From positions 32,001 through 96,000 of the IMG/VR virus record IMGVR_UViG_3300033143_002031: DNA of 64,000 bases; one strand, written 5' to 3'. The DNA comes from a virus. Below, piece by piece: positions 45,261-55,093 of this stretch. Position 1 is the stretch's first letter; each line of letters begins with the position of its first letter. The notes under the pieces are model-generated. The model did no database searches. It was not told the origin of the DNA and saw only the letters and a list, made by a program, of their open reading frames with translations. A program made the translations under genes and the position numbers.

Positions 45261-45484
45261 TGGTGAAGAAGGTGTGGTGCGTGGAGTCTTGTGTGCGGGA
45301 CCGGCGCGGGGTGCCTGCCGAGCATCGGAAGTGCGCCCTCGCTACGCAGCCCAAGGGGCCGCCAATCTACAGAGACCCCGTCAAGGTCCGCTGCGGTTTG
45401 TGGGTCGTCCTGCCGGGGCCATTCCTACGCGATACCTCTGATTGCCAGGACTGCCCTGACGATCCCGACGTGAGGCACCCATGA
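45260..45484 (+). CDS. hypothetical Cys-rich protein
   Basis: Coupled ORF. Confidence 0.55.
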   Translation: MVKKVWCVESCVRDRRGVPAEHRKCALATQPKGPPIYRDPVKVRCGLWVVLPGPFLRDTSDCQDCPDDPDVRHP

Positions 45485-45795
45485 CCAAAGAGGAAAAGCT
45501 CATTCTCACGGCCGTCAACCTGGCGCTCGAAGCGCACGACAGGCCCGAGCGGTTCGAGCCCCACCCTTACTTCCAGATGGTCCACTGCTTCCATGTTCGC
45601 CTGCCCCTCATGCGAGTTGCTCGCATCTGGATTGACCGAGGGTTTCGGCGGCTCGACGTCTTCGAGGAGCGGCCCCCAGGCCCCCATCAGGGCAACACCA
45701 AGACCATCGGGACCTACCGAGGCACCGGCTGGCTCCCCCAGCTATGCCAGGACGCGGTGGACGCCGTGACCTCTCCGCCCCCCGTTCCGAAGTAG
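45481..45795 (+). CDS. hypothetical protein
   Basis: ATGA coupling. Confidence 0.65.
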   Translation: MTKEEKLILTAVNLALEAHDRPERFEPHPYFQMVHCFHVRLPLMRVARIWIDRGFRRLDVFEERPPGPHQGNTKTIGTYRGTGWLPQLCQDAVDAVTSPPPVPK

Positions 45796-45829
45796 CCTGC
45801 CCGTCCGACCCCCACCCTCCCGCGAAACG

Positions 45830-45869
45830 CAAGTCCCTTTTTTGGGACCCTCACCCAACTAGTAGCGCC
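45830..45869 (+). repeat. ~40-bp imperfect direct repeat, copy 1
   Basis: CAAGTCCCTTTTTTG-GGACCCTCACCCAACTAGTAGCGCC vs 47942-47982. Confidence 0.85.
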
Positions 45870-45883
45870 TTGCGAGTTTGCCA

Positions 45884-45912
45884 TTGACTACACTCTAGCT
45901 ATGTGGTAGACC
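45884..45912 (+). promoter_or_regulatory. sigma70-like promoter
   Basis: TTGACT-N17-TAGACC, extended TG. Confidence 0.6.
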
Positions 45913-45951
45913 TGGTAGATCGCCCCGCCGGGGGCGCGGCAAAGGAGCACC

Positions 45952-47997
45952 ATGGGGAAGGGTATGACCTTCGGGGTGAAGGACGCTCAACTCTACGTTG
46001 ACCGTGAATTCATGGACGCGCCCCCGCATCAGTTCCTTCGGGAGCTACTGAAAAACGCCATCGAAGCGGAAGCCGATCGAGTCGAGTTCACACCTGAATG
46101 GGGGGCGGTGCGGACGGACGGTGTGTATCGACTGAAGGTGGCCGACAACGGGCGGGGTATGACCCTGGAGGAGTTGGACACGTACATGGCCTCCTTCGGA
46201 GCGAGCGCGAGAGGTGTGGATATTCGAGGAAACTTTGGGATCGGTGCGAGGATGACCCTGCTCCCGTGGAACCATGCCGGCGTCCTAGTTCTGTCCTGGT
46301 CGAAGGAGCACCCGGACGGCCTCGGCATGGTCATGAACCTCGGCAAGGAAGGGTACGAGCTACAGACTCTTGAACAATCGATCATCGGGCACGACGTGGT
46401 GTCCCTGAAAAAGCCTCGGCGCGGGGAGTGGCTGTACGAGAAATGGGCTGCCATGAAGCCGGGCCTCATCAGCAACCATGGGACAGTGGTCGTCTGCTAC
46501 GGGAACACGGGCCACGAGGACACGTTCTTTGGGCCAGCAGGGTACACGTCGGCGAAAGGTCACGGTCTGAAGTACATCGTGAAGCAGTTGAACGAGCGCT
46601 TCTTCGACATGCCCGTCAGGGTGTACGCCTCGTGTTTCTTTTTCTCGGACCGGAGCTTTTGGCCGAAGAAAAATTCTGAGGTACTGACGGCCGATACGGA
46701 AGAAGAGGAGGAAGCGCTGCGAAACCGTATCCGTCGCAGTGACGTGAAGCACACGGATAAGATCCGAGGATACCAGTTCAAGCAGGTCTACGGAGCGAAG
46801 TACTACCTCTACGAGTCACAATCGAAGGCCGAAGAGGACAAGAGCCAGACCGTGAACGGGACCGTGACGCTTTCGGACAGGACCGAAGTGACGTGGGCCT
46901 ACAAGATGGGCAACCTTCCGGACAATCACGCTTACGCGCCGGAGAGAGGGTATATCGCAGCCCTCTTCGACGGGGAGTTGTACGAGAAGAGCTACAAGCT
47001 CTCGATGTTCCGCAGCTTCGGTGTCCACCTGAAGAGTGTCGCAGAGCGCACGTACCTGATCCTGAAGCCCCCACCGAGCGCTTTCCCGGGGAGTTCCAGA
47101 AGCCGACTCGCACTGGAAAACGAGGACGGGTATGGGTCGGAGTCGCTTCCGTGGTCCCAATGGGCAGAGGAGTTCTACAACAACTTGCCGGACTTCCTCT
47201 CCGATCAACTCGCAAACCAGGCCACCATGGAGTACGACGAGAACCTGGAGAGGTGGAAGCAGAAGGTGGAAGAGATCGCGAGCGAGAAGTGCCGGCGCTA
47301 CGTTCTTCACCTGGCCAACCACGGGCCTCACTCGGCTGGAGGGGAGGAGCACGACTCGAAACCGACGGAGAGAGATGGGGTAGGTCCGACAACCGGCCTA
47401 CGATCGAATCCGAATCGTAAGTCGGTGGGTGGGGACCAGGAGCGCACGGAGGAGGTCGAGAAAGGTAAGGCAGCCCGACGTGTGATGCGGCGTGGGGAGC
47501 TACCAGATTACTCGTGGATCTTGCTCGAAGAGATGGCAGACGAGGGCAGTCGATTCCCTGCGTGCTACTTGCCCCGAAGCAAGCGGCATCCGAAGGGTCT
47601 GCTCGTCATGGCCAAAGACCATCCCATGATCGTGGCCTTCCAGAATGAGTTGCTTGAACAAGCTCGCCCTTCAGCCCAGAACGAAGTGGTCGCTATGACG
47701 CGAACGTACTTCTACCTGAAAGCTGGCTACTACATCGCCTACACCTACGGCTTGGCGCACCACCCAGGTTGGAGCCAGGGGCGGATCAAGCAAGAACTGT
47801 GGACGGAATCTGCGCTTCTGTTTGCCTTCATTCCTGATCCCGAGGCCGACCGAATCCTGAAACGGAAGCTACAGCACAAGGCCATGAAGCAGCCTGCCAA
47901 GCCTGACCTATCTGTAGTCGACCCCGATGTCAGTCCCGGCACAAGTCCCTTTTTTGAGGACCCTTCCCCAACTAGTAGCGCCCCGAATCACAGATGA
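45952..47997 (+). CDS. GHKL (Hsp90/MORC-like) ATPase-domain protein
   Basis: FLRELLKNAIEA, VADNGRGMT, NFGIGA, GTVV. Confidence 0.88.
   Translation: MGKGMTFGVKDAQLYVDREFMDAPPHQFLRELLKNAIEAEADRVEFTPEWGAVRTDGVYRLKVADNGRGMTLEELDTYMASFGASARGVDIRGNFGIGARMTLLPWNHAGVLVLSWSKEHPDGLGMVMNLGKEGYELQTLEQSIIGHDVVSLKKPRRGEWLYEKWAAMKPGLISNHGTVVVCYGNTGHEDTFFGPAGYTSAKGHGLKYIVKQLNERFFDMPVRVYASCFFFSDRSFWPKKNSEVLTADTEEEEEALRNRIRRSDVKHTDKIRGYQFKQVYGAKYYLYESQSKAEEDKSQTVNGTVTLSDRTEVTWAYKMGNLPDNHAYAPERGYIAALFDGELYEKSYKLSMFRSFGVHLKSVAERTYLILKPPPSAFPGSSRSRLALENEDGYGSESLPWSQWAEEFYNNLPDFLSDQLANQATMEYDENLERWKQKVEEIASEKCRRYVLHLANHGPHSAGGEEHDSKPTERDGVGPTTGLRSNPNRKSVGGDQERTEEVEKGKAARRVMRRGELPDYSWILLEEMADEGSRFPACYLPRSKRHPKGLLVMAKDHPMIVAFQNELLEQARPSAQNEVVAMTRTYFYLKAGYYIAYTYGLAHHPGWSQGRIKQELWTESALLFAFIPDPEADRILKRKLQHKAMKQPAKPDLSVVDPDVSPGTSPFFEDPSPTSSAPNHR
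47942..47982 (+). repeat. ~40-bp imperfect direct repeat, copy 2
   Basis: CAAGTCCCTTTTTTGAGGACCCTTCCCCAACTAGTAGCGCC. Confidence 0.85.
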
Positions 47998-48067
47998 CCC
48001 CTACCCTCGTTTGCGGTGAAAACGATCACACAGCAGAAGCCCACAAAGCAGAACCGCGAACTTCTGC

Positions 48068-48096
48068 TTGAGTCAATAGCAAAGTTGTGCTATATG
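48068..48096 (+). promoter_or_regulatory. possible promoter
   Basis: TTGAGT-N17-TATATG, extended TG. Confidence 0.45.
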
Positions 48097-48198
48097 GTAG
48101 GGACGAGTCAGGGATGTGTCCCTGAAGGAGACCGAGATGAGTGGAAACGCCCCCGAGGACCGCAAGCCGCTGCACGTGCCTCTGCGAGGTGAGGAGTC

Positions 48199-48375
48199 AT
48201 GAGCGGAAGGAAATTCCGCATCTGGGTCGAGGTCTGCAAGGTCGACTCGGACAAGTTCCAGCGCCGGCAGTACACGGTCGAAGCTGAGACGCGCGCGAGC
48301 GCGGAGCGCCAAGCTCTCGTCATAGCCAAGGACGAGTGGGACGACGCCGTTCTCCCGCCGGAAAGGGCGCTCTGA
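48199..48375 (+). CDS. hypothetical protein (58 aa)
   Basis: GAGGAG SD; coupled to next gene. Confidence 0.6.
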   Translation: MSGRKFRIWVEVCKVDSDKFQRRQYTVEAETRASAERQALVIAKDEWDDAVLPPERAL

Positions 48376-48857
48376 TGTTCTACTGCGAGAAGTGCCGGAA
48401 TCGACACGGGTTGCTCAAGGGTGTGTCCGGATCGCGCGGCCGGTGTGAGCTATGCGGCAAGACCGCCGACTGCCACGACGTCCCCTCGTCGGCGCTGCCG
48501 CCGAAGAAGCCGCCGAAGAAGCCGCCGAAGAAGCCCGTGAGCAAGGCCGAGTCGCACGCAAGGCCGAAGCCCGAGGAGAAGCCCAAGACGACCCCTGCCG
48601 ATCCTAAGCGGTGCCAGTGCGAGCGCCCCAAGGGCAACAACTTCATGACGCTCGGAGGGACGGTGGGCCTGGCCCGCTGCCGGAATAAGCCGATCGTCAT
48701 CGCGCGCGAAAAGGCTGCCACGCACGAGGACGGGGAGGTCGGCGAGATGAGCCTCTGTCCCCACTGCATGAACAAGATGACCGAGCAGATGGGGTCGGAC
48801 TTCGCCGCCTTCCGCGCGATCGAACGCGAGGGGGAGGACAAGGGAGTCCGGCGATGA
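48375..48857 (+). CDS. Cys-rich hypothetical protein with PPKK repeats
   Basis: CEKC..CELC..CQC..CPHC. Confidence 0.7.
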   Translation: MFYCEKCRNRHGLLKGVSGSRGRCELCGKTADCHDVPSSALPPKKPPKKPPKKPVSKAESHARPKPEEKPKTTPADPKRCQCERPKGNNFMTLGGTVGLARCRNKPIVIAREKAATHEDGEVGEMSLCPHCMNKMTEQMGSDFAAFRAIEREGEDKGVRR

Positions 48858-49126
48858 AGGTCTTCAAGTACACCCTGGTCCCCGAGAGCCGGCAGGTCGT
48901 GGAGCTACCCCGAGGGGCTACGATCCTCCGCGTCGGGGCTGATGTGGTCGTGGACGACAATCTCTGCCTCTGGGCTCTCGTGGACCCTGACGAGCGCCCC
49001 GAGATGCGGATCGTTCACATCTACGGCACCGGGCACGAGGTTGTGACCCCCGAACGCCTGCGCTACATCGGGACCGCCTTCATGAGGGCGCACTCCCTCG
49101 TGTGGCACGTCTTCGAGGAGGTCTGA
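48854..49126 (+). CDS. conserved phage hypothetical protein
   Basis: MKVFKY..LCLWALVD..IYGTGH..YIGT..VWHVFE. Confidence 0.75.
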   Translation: MKVFKYTLVPESRQVVELPRGATILRVGADVVVDDNLCLWALVDPDERPEMRIVHIYGTGHEVVTPERLRYIGTAFMRAHSLVWHVFEEV

Positions 49127-49127
49127 G

Positions 49128-49352
49128 ATGGACGACACCGTGGAGAAGCGGCTGGTGAGAGTACGGAAGCTCATCCAAGAGGCCCACGACGCGGCAGCCG
49201 GGATACCGATCGACGCCGCGCATGAGCACAGCAAGATCACAGCGAGCGCGCTCCGGACCGCGATTCTCCCGGGTCTCGATCTGCTATCGCTGACGATCGG
49301 CGGTCTGCTCAAAGACGGGCAGCCGAAGCCGTTCGGAGACGGGCTGGTGTGA
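49128..49352 (+). CDS. hypothetical protein
   Basis: GGAGG SD. Confidence 0.6.
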   Translation: MDDTVEKRLVRVRKLIQEAHDAAAGIPIDAAHEHSKITASALRTAILPGLDLLSLTIGGLLKDGQPKPFGDGLV

Positions 49353-49738
49353 CCTGTCCATTCTGCCATCGCCTTCGAGGGCACAGCGTCGGCTGCCGTA
49401 TCGACGGGGCCAAGAGCTACGAGTTGGTTGACCTCATCCACGAGATGGCGGGGCTATTGGAGCGGTGGTTCCAAGCGGAAGAGTCCGGCAACACCACGGC
49501 CATGCTCGACGTGGCCGTCGCGACCCGGAAACTTCTCTACCCCCGACCCGAGGACGAGATGAAGGGCTCGCTGGCCGACGCCTGCAAGGCCCTCGACAGC
49601 GCCATCGAAGAGAGTGGCGGGGACATCACCGTGGAGGGCGCCCTGTCGGTGATGAAGGGCACGATGCAGCACGGTCCCGCGCGCGAGCGCAAGGACGTCA
49701 ACTGCGGCGACGGCTCGACGGAGGACGACGACCGATGA
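49349..49738 (+). CDS. hypothetical protein
   Basis: GTGA coupling. Confidence 0.6.
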   Translation: MTCPFCHRLRGHSVGCRIDGAKSYELVDLIHEMAGLLERWFQAEESGNTTAMLDVAVATRKLLYPRPEDEMKGSLADACKALDSAIEESGGDITVEGALSVMKGTMQHGPARERKDVNCGDGSTEDDDR

Positions 49739-49962
49739 AAGACCTGACGATGAAGCCGGACACCTCCTACGCCGTGGTGGAACTCACCGTGGAGGTCGAG
49801 GCGCATAGCTGGGGGCCGGACTACACGATCGAGCAGGCCGTGGATCAGGCCACGCGCGAGGCCACCGACAAGCTCCGGAAGGCCCTGTCCCCGAACGGCG
49901 GCTTTCGGGTGCTCAAGGCCACAGCCGTCCGGGTCGTCTGCAACGCGAAGGGGGCACCGTGA
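49735..49962 (+). CDS. hypothetical protein
   Basis: ATGA coupling. Confidence 0.6.
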   Translation: MKDLTMKPDTSYAVVELTVEVEAHSWGPDYTIEQAVDQATREATDKLRKALSPNGGFRVLKATAVRVVCNAKGAP

Positions 49963-50396
49963 CCAAGCAAGCCTTCAACAGCCAGAAGTTCGTTCGCGAG
50001 TTCATGTGTCGGCAGGTGCGCGTAGATCGTCTCTTCTCTCGGGCCTTCGAGGGTGACAGCAAGCGGGGTTGGGCCTCGCACGAGGTCACACCGTTCGTCG
50101 GTTGGGTCGTCGGTGTGACCTGGCTTCAGACGGGCTGGTACGTGAGTGGGAGCTACGACGAACAGCCGCGCCTTCAGGAGAGCGGACCCCGGATGCTTGC
50201 CTACCTCGTCACCCGGTGGCCTACCATCTCACCTCACCGGGTGCCTCCGGAGGCCGTGACGGTGCTCTCAGAGCCCGTAGAGCCCTCGTTCCTGAGCGAA
50301 CCCGCGCGCAAGGCTATGGCGCGAGACTCCGCACACTTCCCGCGAGACGAGAAGGGCCAGTTCGTCAAGGGGCCGATGCTCCCGAAGGAGGGCTGA
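49959..50396 (+). CDS. hypothetical protein
   Basis: GTGA coupling. Confidence 0.65.
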   Translation: MTKQAFNSQKFVREFMCRQVRVDRLFSRAFEGDSKRGWASHEVTPFVGWVVGVTWLQTGWYVSGSYDEQPRLQESGPRMLAYLVTRWPTISPHRVPPEAVTVLSEPVEPSFLSEPARKAMARDSAHFPRDEKGQFVKGPMLPKEG

Positions 50397-50397
50397 G

Positions 50398-50865
50398 ATG
50401 GGTACTTCGACAGACGGGCAGATCTGCTACGGCGTCCACGTCGGCGACACGCTACCGTGGGATGACGGCGAGGACGAGGACCCCTACGACGTGGAGGGGT
50501 GGTGGCGCAAGTTCTGGGGCTTCAAGCCCTCCTTCGAGCTATTCACCCCCGAGGGCGATTGGATCGACGGCGTGGCGGCCCCGCAGGAGCAGCGCGATGC
50601 CTACAACGAGGAGACGCGGGACTGGGACAAAGCTCACCCGTTGCCCTTCGAGTTGGTCAACGCCTGCTCCGGTGATTGTCCGGAGTGGATCATCGCCCTG
50701 CCCGGCACGCTCAAGAGCGCGAGCCGAGGCTACCCCGAAAAGATCTCCGAGGGGACGATCTCGCTCGTGCACAAGGACGCTGCGCTCGAACGGTACAGGG
50801 TGTTCCTGGCAGAGTTTGAGGTCGAGGGCGAGCCGTCCTGGTACCTGTCGAGCTACTGGGGGTGA
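50398..50865 (+). CDS. hypothetical protein
   Basis: GGAGG SD. Confidence 0.75.
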   Translation: MGTSTDGQICYGVHVGDTLPWDDGEDEDPYDVEGWWRKFWGFKPSFELFTPEGDWIDGVAAPQEQRDAYNEETRDWDKAHPLPFELVNACSGDCPEWIIALPGTLKSASRGYPEKISEGTISLVHKDAALERYRVFLAEFEVEGEPSWYLSSYWG

Positions 50866-50868
50866 ATC

Positions 50869-51141
50869 GTGAGTGAGTACCCGGAACACGCGAAGCTGAG
50901 AGACGTCAAGTACCAATCGCAGAAGATCGGCGAGTTCATCGAATGGCTTGGAGAGCAGAGCATGGCTGTCTGCCACTTCGACGGCAGCCTCAACCACTCC
51001 AACTACTGGCCAGCGAACGAGCCGATCAACAAGCTCCTCGCCCGCTTCTTCGGGATCGACCTGGACAAGCTGGAGGACGAGAAGACAGCGATGCTCGACG
51101 CACAGCGAGTCCTCAACGTGAAGGCGGCGAAGGGGCGATGA
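50869..51141 (+). CDS. hypothetical protein
   Basis: SQKIGEFIEWL..LLARFFGID. Confidence 0.7.
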   Translation: MSEYPEHAKLRDVKYQSQKIGEFIEWLGEQSMAVCHFDGSLNHSNYWPANEPINKLLARFFGIDLDKLEDEKTAMLDAQRVLNVKAAKGR

Positions 51142-51353
51142 AGTACCTCGTCCAACGCGCCGAAGGTCTCTGCCCGGACTGCGATCGGCCGATCTACCAT
51201 CTCTTCGAGAGGTCGGCGGACTGGCCCGCACCTCAGTTCTACATCTGCTTCCGCTGCCGGTACGTCGGGCACATTGGCCACGAGCGCCTGGAGGTGCCCG
51301 AGCCTGACGTGATCGCACGCAACCCGAAGCAGGTAGACCAGGGGGGTAGCTGA
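51138..51353 (+). CDS. small Zn-ribbon protein
   Basis: CPDC..CFRC. Confidence 0.6.
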   Translation: MKYLVQRAEGLCPDCDRPIYHLFERSADWPAPQFYICFRCRYVGHIGHERLEVPEPDVIARNPKQVDQGGS

Positions 51354-51571
51354 TGCCGACCTCGACTGATGTCCTCCTCGTGTGCCCGACCCACGGGAGC
51401 GACCCAGTGCCCTTCGAGATCGACGGAACCAAGTTCTGCTCTCGCTGCCTGGCGCACTACCTCAAGCGGTTTCTCTGGGGCAAGGTTCACGTCATGGAGA
51501 TGAGGCAGGTCGAGAAGACCTACGGCGGGGAGCCTACTGAGGTGCCTCCGGCTGGGACGAAAAAAGTCTGA
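51353..51571 (+). CDS. small Zn-binding protein
   Basis: CPTH..CSRC. Confidence 0.6.
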   Translation: MPTSTDVLLVCPTHGSDPVPFEIDGTKFCSRCLAHYLKRFLWGKVHVMEMRQVEKTYGGEPTEVPPAGTKKV

Positions 51572-51572
51572 A

Positions 51573-51809
51573 ATGGTCTACCGAACGCCAGGGAGACAGC
51601 CCGTGTTGAAGGAGTACGAGTTCAAGCTCACCCGCGAGGAAGCGATCGAGGCGATTTCTTTCTGGCTCCGAGAGGAGCGAGGGGCGGCGGTCACCCCAGA
51701 TGACGCTACAGACGCGCGACACACTCGCGTCGTGGTGGACAGTCGCCTCGTCGTAAAGGACCAGCCGCTTCGCATCACGTGGAGCGTGCTCGAAGGAAAG
51801 GAGCCGTAG
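51573..51809 (+). CDS. hypothetical protein
   Basis: ORF. Confidence 0.55.
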   Translation: MVYRTPGRQPVLKEYEFKLTREEAIEAISFWLREERGAAVTPDDATDARHTRVVVDSRLVVKDQPLRITWSVLEGKEP

Positions 51810-51811
51810 CC

Positions 51812-52126
51812 ATGGGGTTTGACGCGAACGTAGAGATCCGAGGCATCCGACCGCCGGACGCGGAGTGGAAGCAAATGAAGGCCGTGTGGGACTCCTGCGT
51901 GGATGCCGGCATCGAGGTGCCAGAGCCGGTCGCAAACTACTTCGGGGACGACGGCCCGCACGAGGAGGGGCTCTGTGTCGAGGTCGAACCTGAGATCTGC
52001 CACAACGACGATGAGTGCATGACCCTCAACATTCGTCGCCAGGTGGGCAGCTACATGCTCATCGACATGGCGAACCTGCCGGCGAACATCACGCACTTGA
52101 AGGTGTGGTTGGCGACGAGCTACTGA
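51812..52126 (+). CDS. hypothetical protein
   Basis: AGGAG SD. Confidence 0.7.
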   Translation: MGFDANVEIRGIRPPDAEWKQMKAVWDSCVDAGIEVPEPVANYFGDDGPHEEGLCVEVEPEICHNDDECMTLNIRRQVGSYMLIDMANLPANITHLKVWLATSY

Positions 52127-52584
52127 TGGCTGACATGCCTCCCAGCCTCTTCGCACTGGTAGACACCGAGTGCATGGACCCGGAGCGTCGGAAGGAACTT
52201 CTGACGAGCGCGCTCTACCACGTCTGGTCCAATCTCCCGGCCCCTCATGTCGATGGCAGCGTGGACGTCGAGAAGATCAGGCGGTTCCTGGCCGACATGG
52301 TGGAGACGCGCCGCTTCTGGCTACAGGTCTACGAGGCCGTCCTGAAGCACTACGGAACGGATGCGACCTTCCAAAGCATCGCAGACGAGGTGAACAACGC
52401 AGCCCCGCCGAAGAAGAAGGCACGGCGGCCTGTCGAAGAGCGAGAGGAGCCGGAGGAAGCACCAGCGGAGGAAGCAACGTCAGAGGGCGCGACGTGCTGG
52501 CTCTGCCGAGGGGCTGGATTCGAGGCCACCTCAGAGGGCGCGACGATCGTATGCTGCGAGTGCGGCGGCTCTGGGAGGTCGTGA
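52126..52584 (+). CDS. hypothetical protein, C-terminal CxxCxGxG zinc motif
   Basis: CWLCRGAG..CCECGGSG. Confidence 0.7.
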   Translation: MADMPPSLFALVDTECMDPERRKELLTSALYHVWSNLPAPHVDGSVDVEKIRRFLADMVETRRFWLQVYEAVLKHYGTDATFQSIADEVNNAAPPKKKARRPVEEREEPEEAPAEEATSEGATCWLCRGAGFEATSEGATIVCCECGGSGRS

Positions 52585-52874
52585 TGAGCACCAGCGCTAC
52601 TCACGTATGGGACGAGTTTTCGTTCATGTTCCAGTGGGGCGAGTGCAGCGACGGCACCAAGATCAACGCCGGGTGCTGCGGGCTCTGCGGCAACACAGGC
52701 ATGATCGACACCCGTGGACACCTGCGGACACCGGACGGCGCCGATGCGGGGGGTGTCCGGGCCTACTGCATCTGCCCCAACGGGCGCTATGCGAAGCGGA
52801 GGGCGGGCCTGAAGAAGTGGGACTCGACCAAGATTGGCCACTCGATCGTGGACGCACCGGAGGCAGTGGAATGA
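52584..52874 (+). CDS. Cys-rich hypothetical protein
   Basis: CGLCGNTG..CICPNG. Confidence 0.65.
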   Translation: MSTSATHVWDEFSFMFQWGECSDGTKINAGCCGLCGNTGMIDTRGHLRTPDGADAGGVRAYCICPNGRYAKRRAGLKKWDSTKIGHSIVDAPEAVE

Positions 52875-53266
52875 CCGACGTGAGCCCCCCGGAAATGGCC
52901 CGGGACGAAATCTTCAACGTGAACGCGAGGCGGCTGGCCCACAAGGCTCGGCGCGCTGTCGTGATGCTCGGGAAGGACCCCTCCGAAGTCGTCACCGTGG
53001 CGATCTCTGTGGACGACCCGGCCTGGACGGACCTCGCCGAGGCGCTCATGCCGGACGAGGACTGGCAACCCTACCGAGACCGGGGTGAGCTACCCCTTGC
53101 GCGGGGAACCGCCAACAAAGCGGTGCTGGAGTACGTCGCGTCCGTCGTGCCGTCGCTCGCAAAGGCCCTGTCGAATCCCGCTCCCGAGGGGCACGTCTAC
53201 GCGCTCGTGATGGCGGGCGGCGGGGCATCGGCCTACGTGGTGCCCTGGAACAAGCCGCTCAGGTGA
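52871..53266 (+). CDS. hypothetical protein
   Basis: GGAGG SD. Confidence 0.7.
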   Translation: MTDVSPPEMARDEIFNVNARRLAHKARRAVVMLGKDPSEVVTVAISVDDPAWTDLAEALMPDEDWQPYRDRGELPLARGTANKAVLEYVASVVPSLAKALSNPAPEGHVYALVMAGGGASAYVVPWNKPLR

Positions 53267-53328
53267 GCCCCGCGCGGTGGTGGAACTGGGTAGAGAGACT
53301 GATCGACTGGATCAAAGGGGACTGACGC

Positions 53329-53697
53329 ATGTACCGACACTCAGAGGCTCTGACGGGCGTGGCGAACGCGCTCTCAGAGATTGCCAAGAAGACCGAGGAC
53401 GAGGGTCCGGCCGAGGAATTGAAGATGCTCGCCCAGCAGGTCGGCGAACTGCAAGGCTACTGGCACAATGACGAGGACGCCGCCGAGTTAGGGCGCCACG
53501 GGAAGCGAGTTCCCCAGAAGACGGAGCACAGGCTCGCGCTCTTCGGCACTGGCCGAGAAAATGTGACCGACGAGGCGCAGATGGCCGAGGCGCTCGACGG
53601 GCTCGCCATCGAAGGGTGGACGATCAAGCACGTCCACTGTGACCTCATGGGTAAGCCGTCGTGGCGAGTGTTACTCACGCGGCAGGTGCCAGCATGA
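53329..53697 (+). CDS. hypothetical protein
   Basis: ORF. Confidence 0.65.
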   Translation: MYRHSEALTGVANALSEIAKKTEDEGPAEELKMLAQQVGELQGYWHNDEDAAELGRHGKRVPQKTEHRLALFGTGRENVTDEAQMAEALDGLAIEGWTIKHVHCDLMGKPSWRVLLTRQVPA

Positions 53698-54029
53698 CCG
53701 ATCTCGGCTGTGCGTGCGTGTGCTCGATGGACCACGAGGGGGCTGATGTCTCGGGAACGATGATCATCACTGCCCGGAAGAAGCACACATGCTGCGAGTG
53801 CGGGGAGGCAATCTCCCCAGGCGAACGCTACGAGGTGATCTCCGGGCTCTGGGAGGGCTCTTGGGATCGCTACAAGACCTGCCTGCCGTGCCAACGCATC
53901 CGAGACGACCTCTGCTCGTGCGGCTACCTCTTCGGAGGGCTGCGAGAGGCGATCTGGGAGGCGCTGGGGTTCGATTACGTGTCCGGGGAGTTTGCCACCA
54001 AGGGGCTGTGGAAGGACGAGGGCACATGA
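53694..54029 (+). CDS. zinc-finger protein
   Basis: ARKKHTCCECG..YKTCLPC. Confidence 0.7.
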   Translation: MTDLGCACVCSMDHEGADVSGTMIITARKKHTCCECGEAISPGERYEVISGLWEGSWDRYKTCLPCQRIRDDLCSCGYLFGGLREAIWEALGFDYVSGEFATKGLWKDEGT

Positions 54030-54226
54030 GCGGTCGAGATGAGGGGGTTGTCCGCATGGATGCCCAGATGTGGGCACTCGTGGCCGAGTTGGAGGCACTG
54101 AAGACGGAGCGCGCCGGCATGGAGGCCCTGAATCAGGGCAACGGTGGCCCCGGGTACGACGAAGAGGCGTTCTACGACGTCGCCAAGCGCATGAGTGATG
54201 TCGCGAGACGGCTCCGAGAGGTGTGA
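54026..54226 (+). CDS. hypothetical protein
   Basis: ATGA coupling. Confidence 0.6.
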   Translation: MSGRDEGVVRMDAQMWALVAELEALKTERAGMEALNQGNGGPGYDEEAFYDVAKRMSDVARRLREV

Positions 54227-54227
54227 A

Positions 54228-54476
54228 ATGTCGGACAGCGGTGGGAGCACAGGTGGGGTAGGACTGGCCACGGTTCTGACGATCGTTTTCGTGGTGCTCA
54301 AACTCACGGACGTGATCGACTGGTCGTGGTGGTGGGTGCTGTCCCCCACACTGATCGATGTTGGTCTCCTGGTCTTTCTGCTCCTCAGTGCCCTGCTCGC
54401 GAAGGCATCGGACAGGACGTGGACAGACGACCCAGACGCCGGGGAAGACCCCTGGACGTGGCCGGAGGGGGAGTGA
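54228..54476 (+). CDS. small two-helix membrane protein
   Basis: GGVGLATVLTIVFVVLKLTDVIDWSWWWVLSP. Confidence 0.8.
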   Translation: MSDSGGSTGGVGLATVLTIVFVVLKLTDVIDWSWWWVLSPTLIDVGLLVFLLLSALLAKASDRTWTDDPDAGEDPWTWPEGE

Positions 54477-54477
54477 G

Positions 54478-54672
54478 ATGGACCCTGACGCGGCGATTCG
54501 AGAGCTACGCAAGCTCCACGCGAGCGGAGGACCGGGCGACTTCGAGCGCGTGATGGAACTGATCTGCGAACTGGACACCTGGCTACTGCGTGGTGGGTGT
54601 CCTCCCAAGGACTGGCAGGCTGCCTTCGGACCCTCCGAGGTGCGCGGCCGGCTGATAGACAGGAGGACGTGA
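54478..54672 (+). CDS. hypothetical protein
   Basis: MDPDAA..LDTWLLRGG..PKDW. Confidence 0.65.
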   Translation: MDPDAAIRELRKLHASGGPGDFERVMELICELDTWLLRGGCPPKDWQAAFGPSEVRGRLIDRRT

Positions 54673-55067
54673 TGGGTGAACCGAGCCTGGTAGTTATCAC
54701 GGAGGGCTTCGGCCCTTACATGCTGCGACCGCAGCGACCGATCACTGTCATCGTTGAGCACTCTCCCTGCTTCGTCATGGGGAGACCAAACGATGACCTA
54801 CTCGATCGCATCTCCACCACGCCGACCATCAGCGATACCGTCGAGGAGGTGGTCAATCGGTTCACTATGCGCGGGGACACGGCACAGCCTGCCGGTGTCC
54901 CGATCCGACTTCACCTTATGGGGACGGTGGCCTGGGAGATTGCGAAGGCGCTTCTCGACGTGAACGACAAGAATATCATTCGGCCTGGGAGGGACCGGAT
55001 CTTCGAGGCGCTTCATGCAGTCAAGGTCGTGGATGTCAACGGCCTCACGATCGAGGTCCAGCCGTAA
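54672..55067 (+). CDS. hypothetical protein
   Basis: AGGAGG SD. Confidence 0.65.
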   Translation: MGEPSLVVITEGFGPYMLRPQRPITVIVEHSPCFVMGRPNDDLLDRISTTPTISDTVEEVVNRFTMRGDTAQPAGVPIRLHLMGTVAWEIAKALLDVNDKNIIRPGRDRIFEALHAVKVVDVNGLTIEVQP

Positions 55068-55093
55068 CGACACTGCAAGAGGAGATACAGACG

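Noticed and set aside
48030-48083. Minus-strand TTTGCTATTGAC box and AGCAGAA repeats
   Set aside because: No matching -10 and no downstream minus-strand gene.
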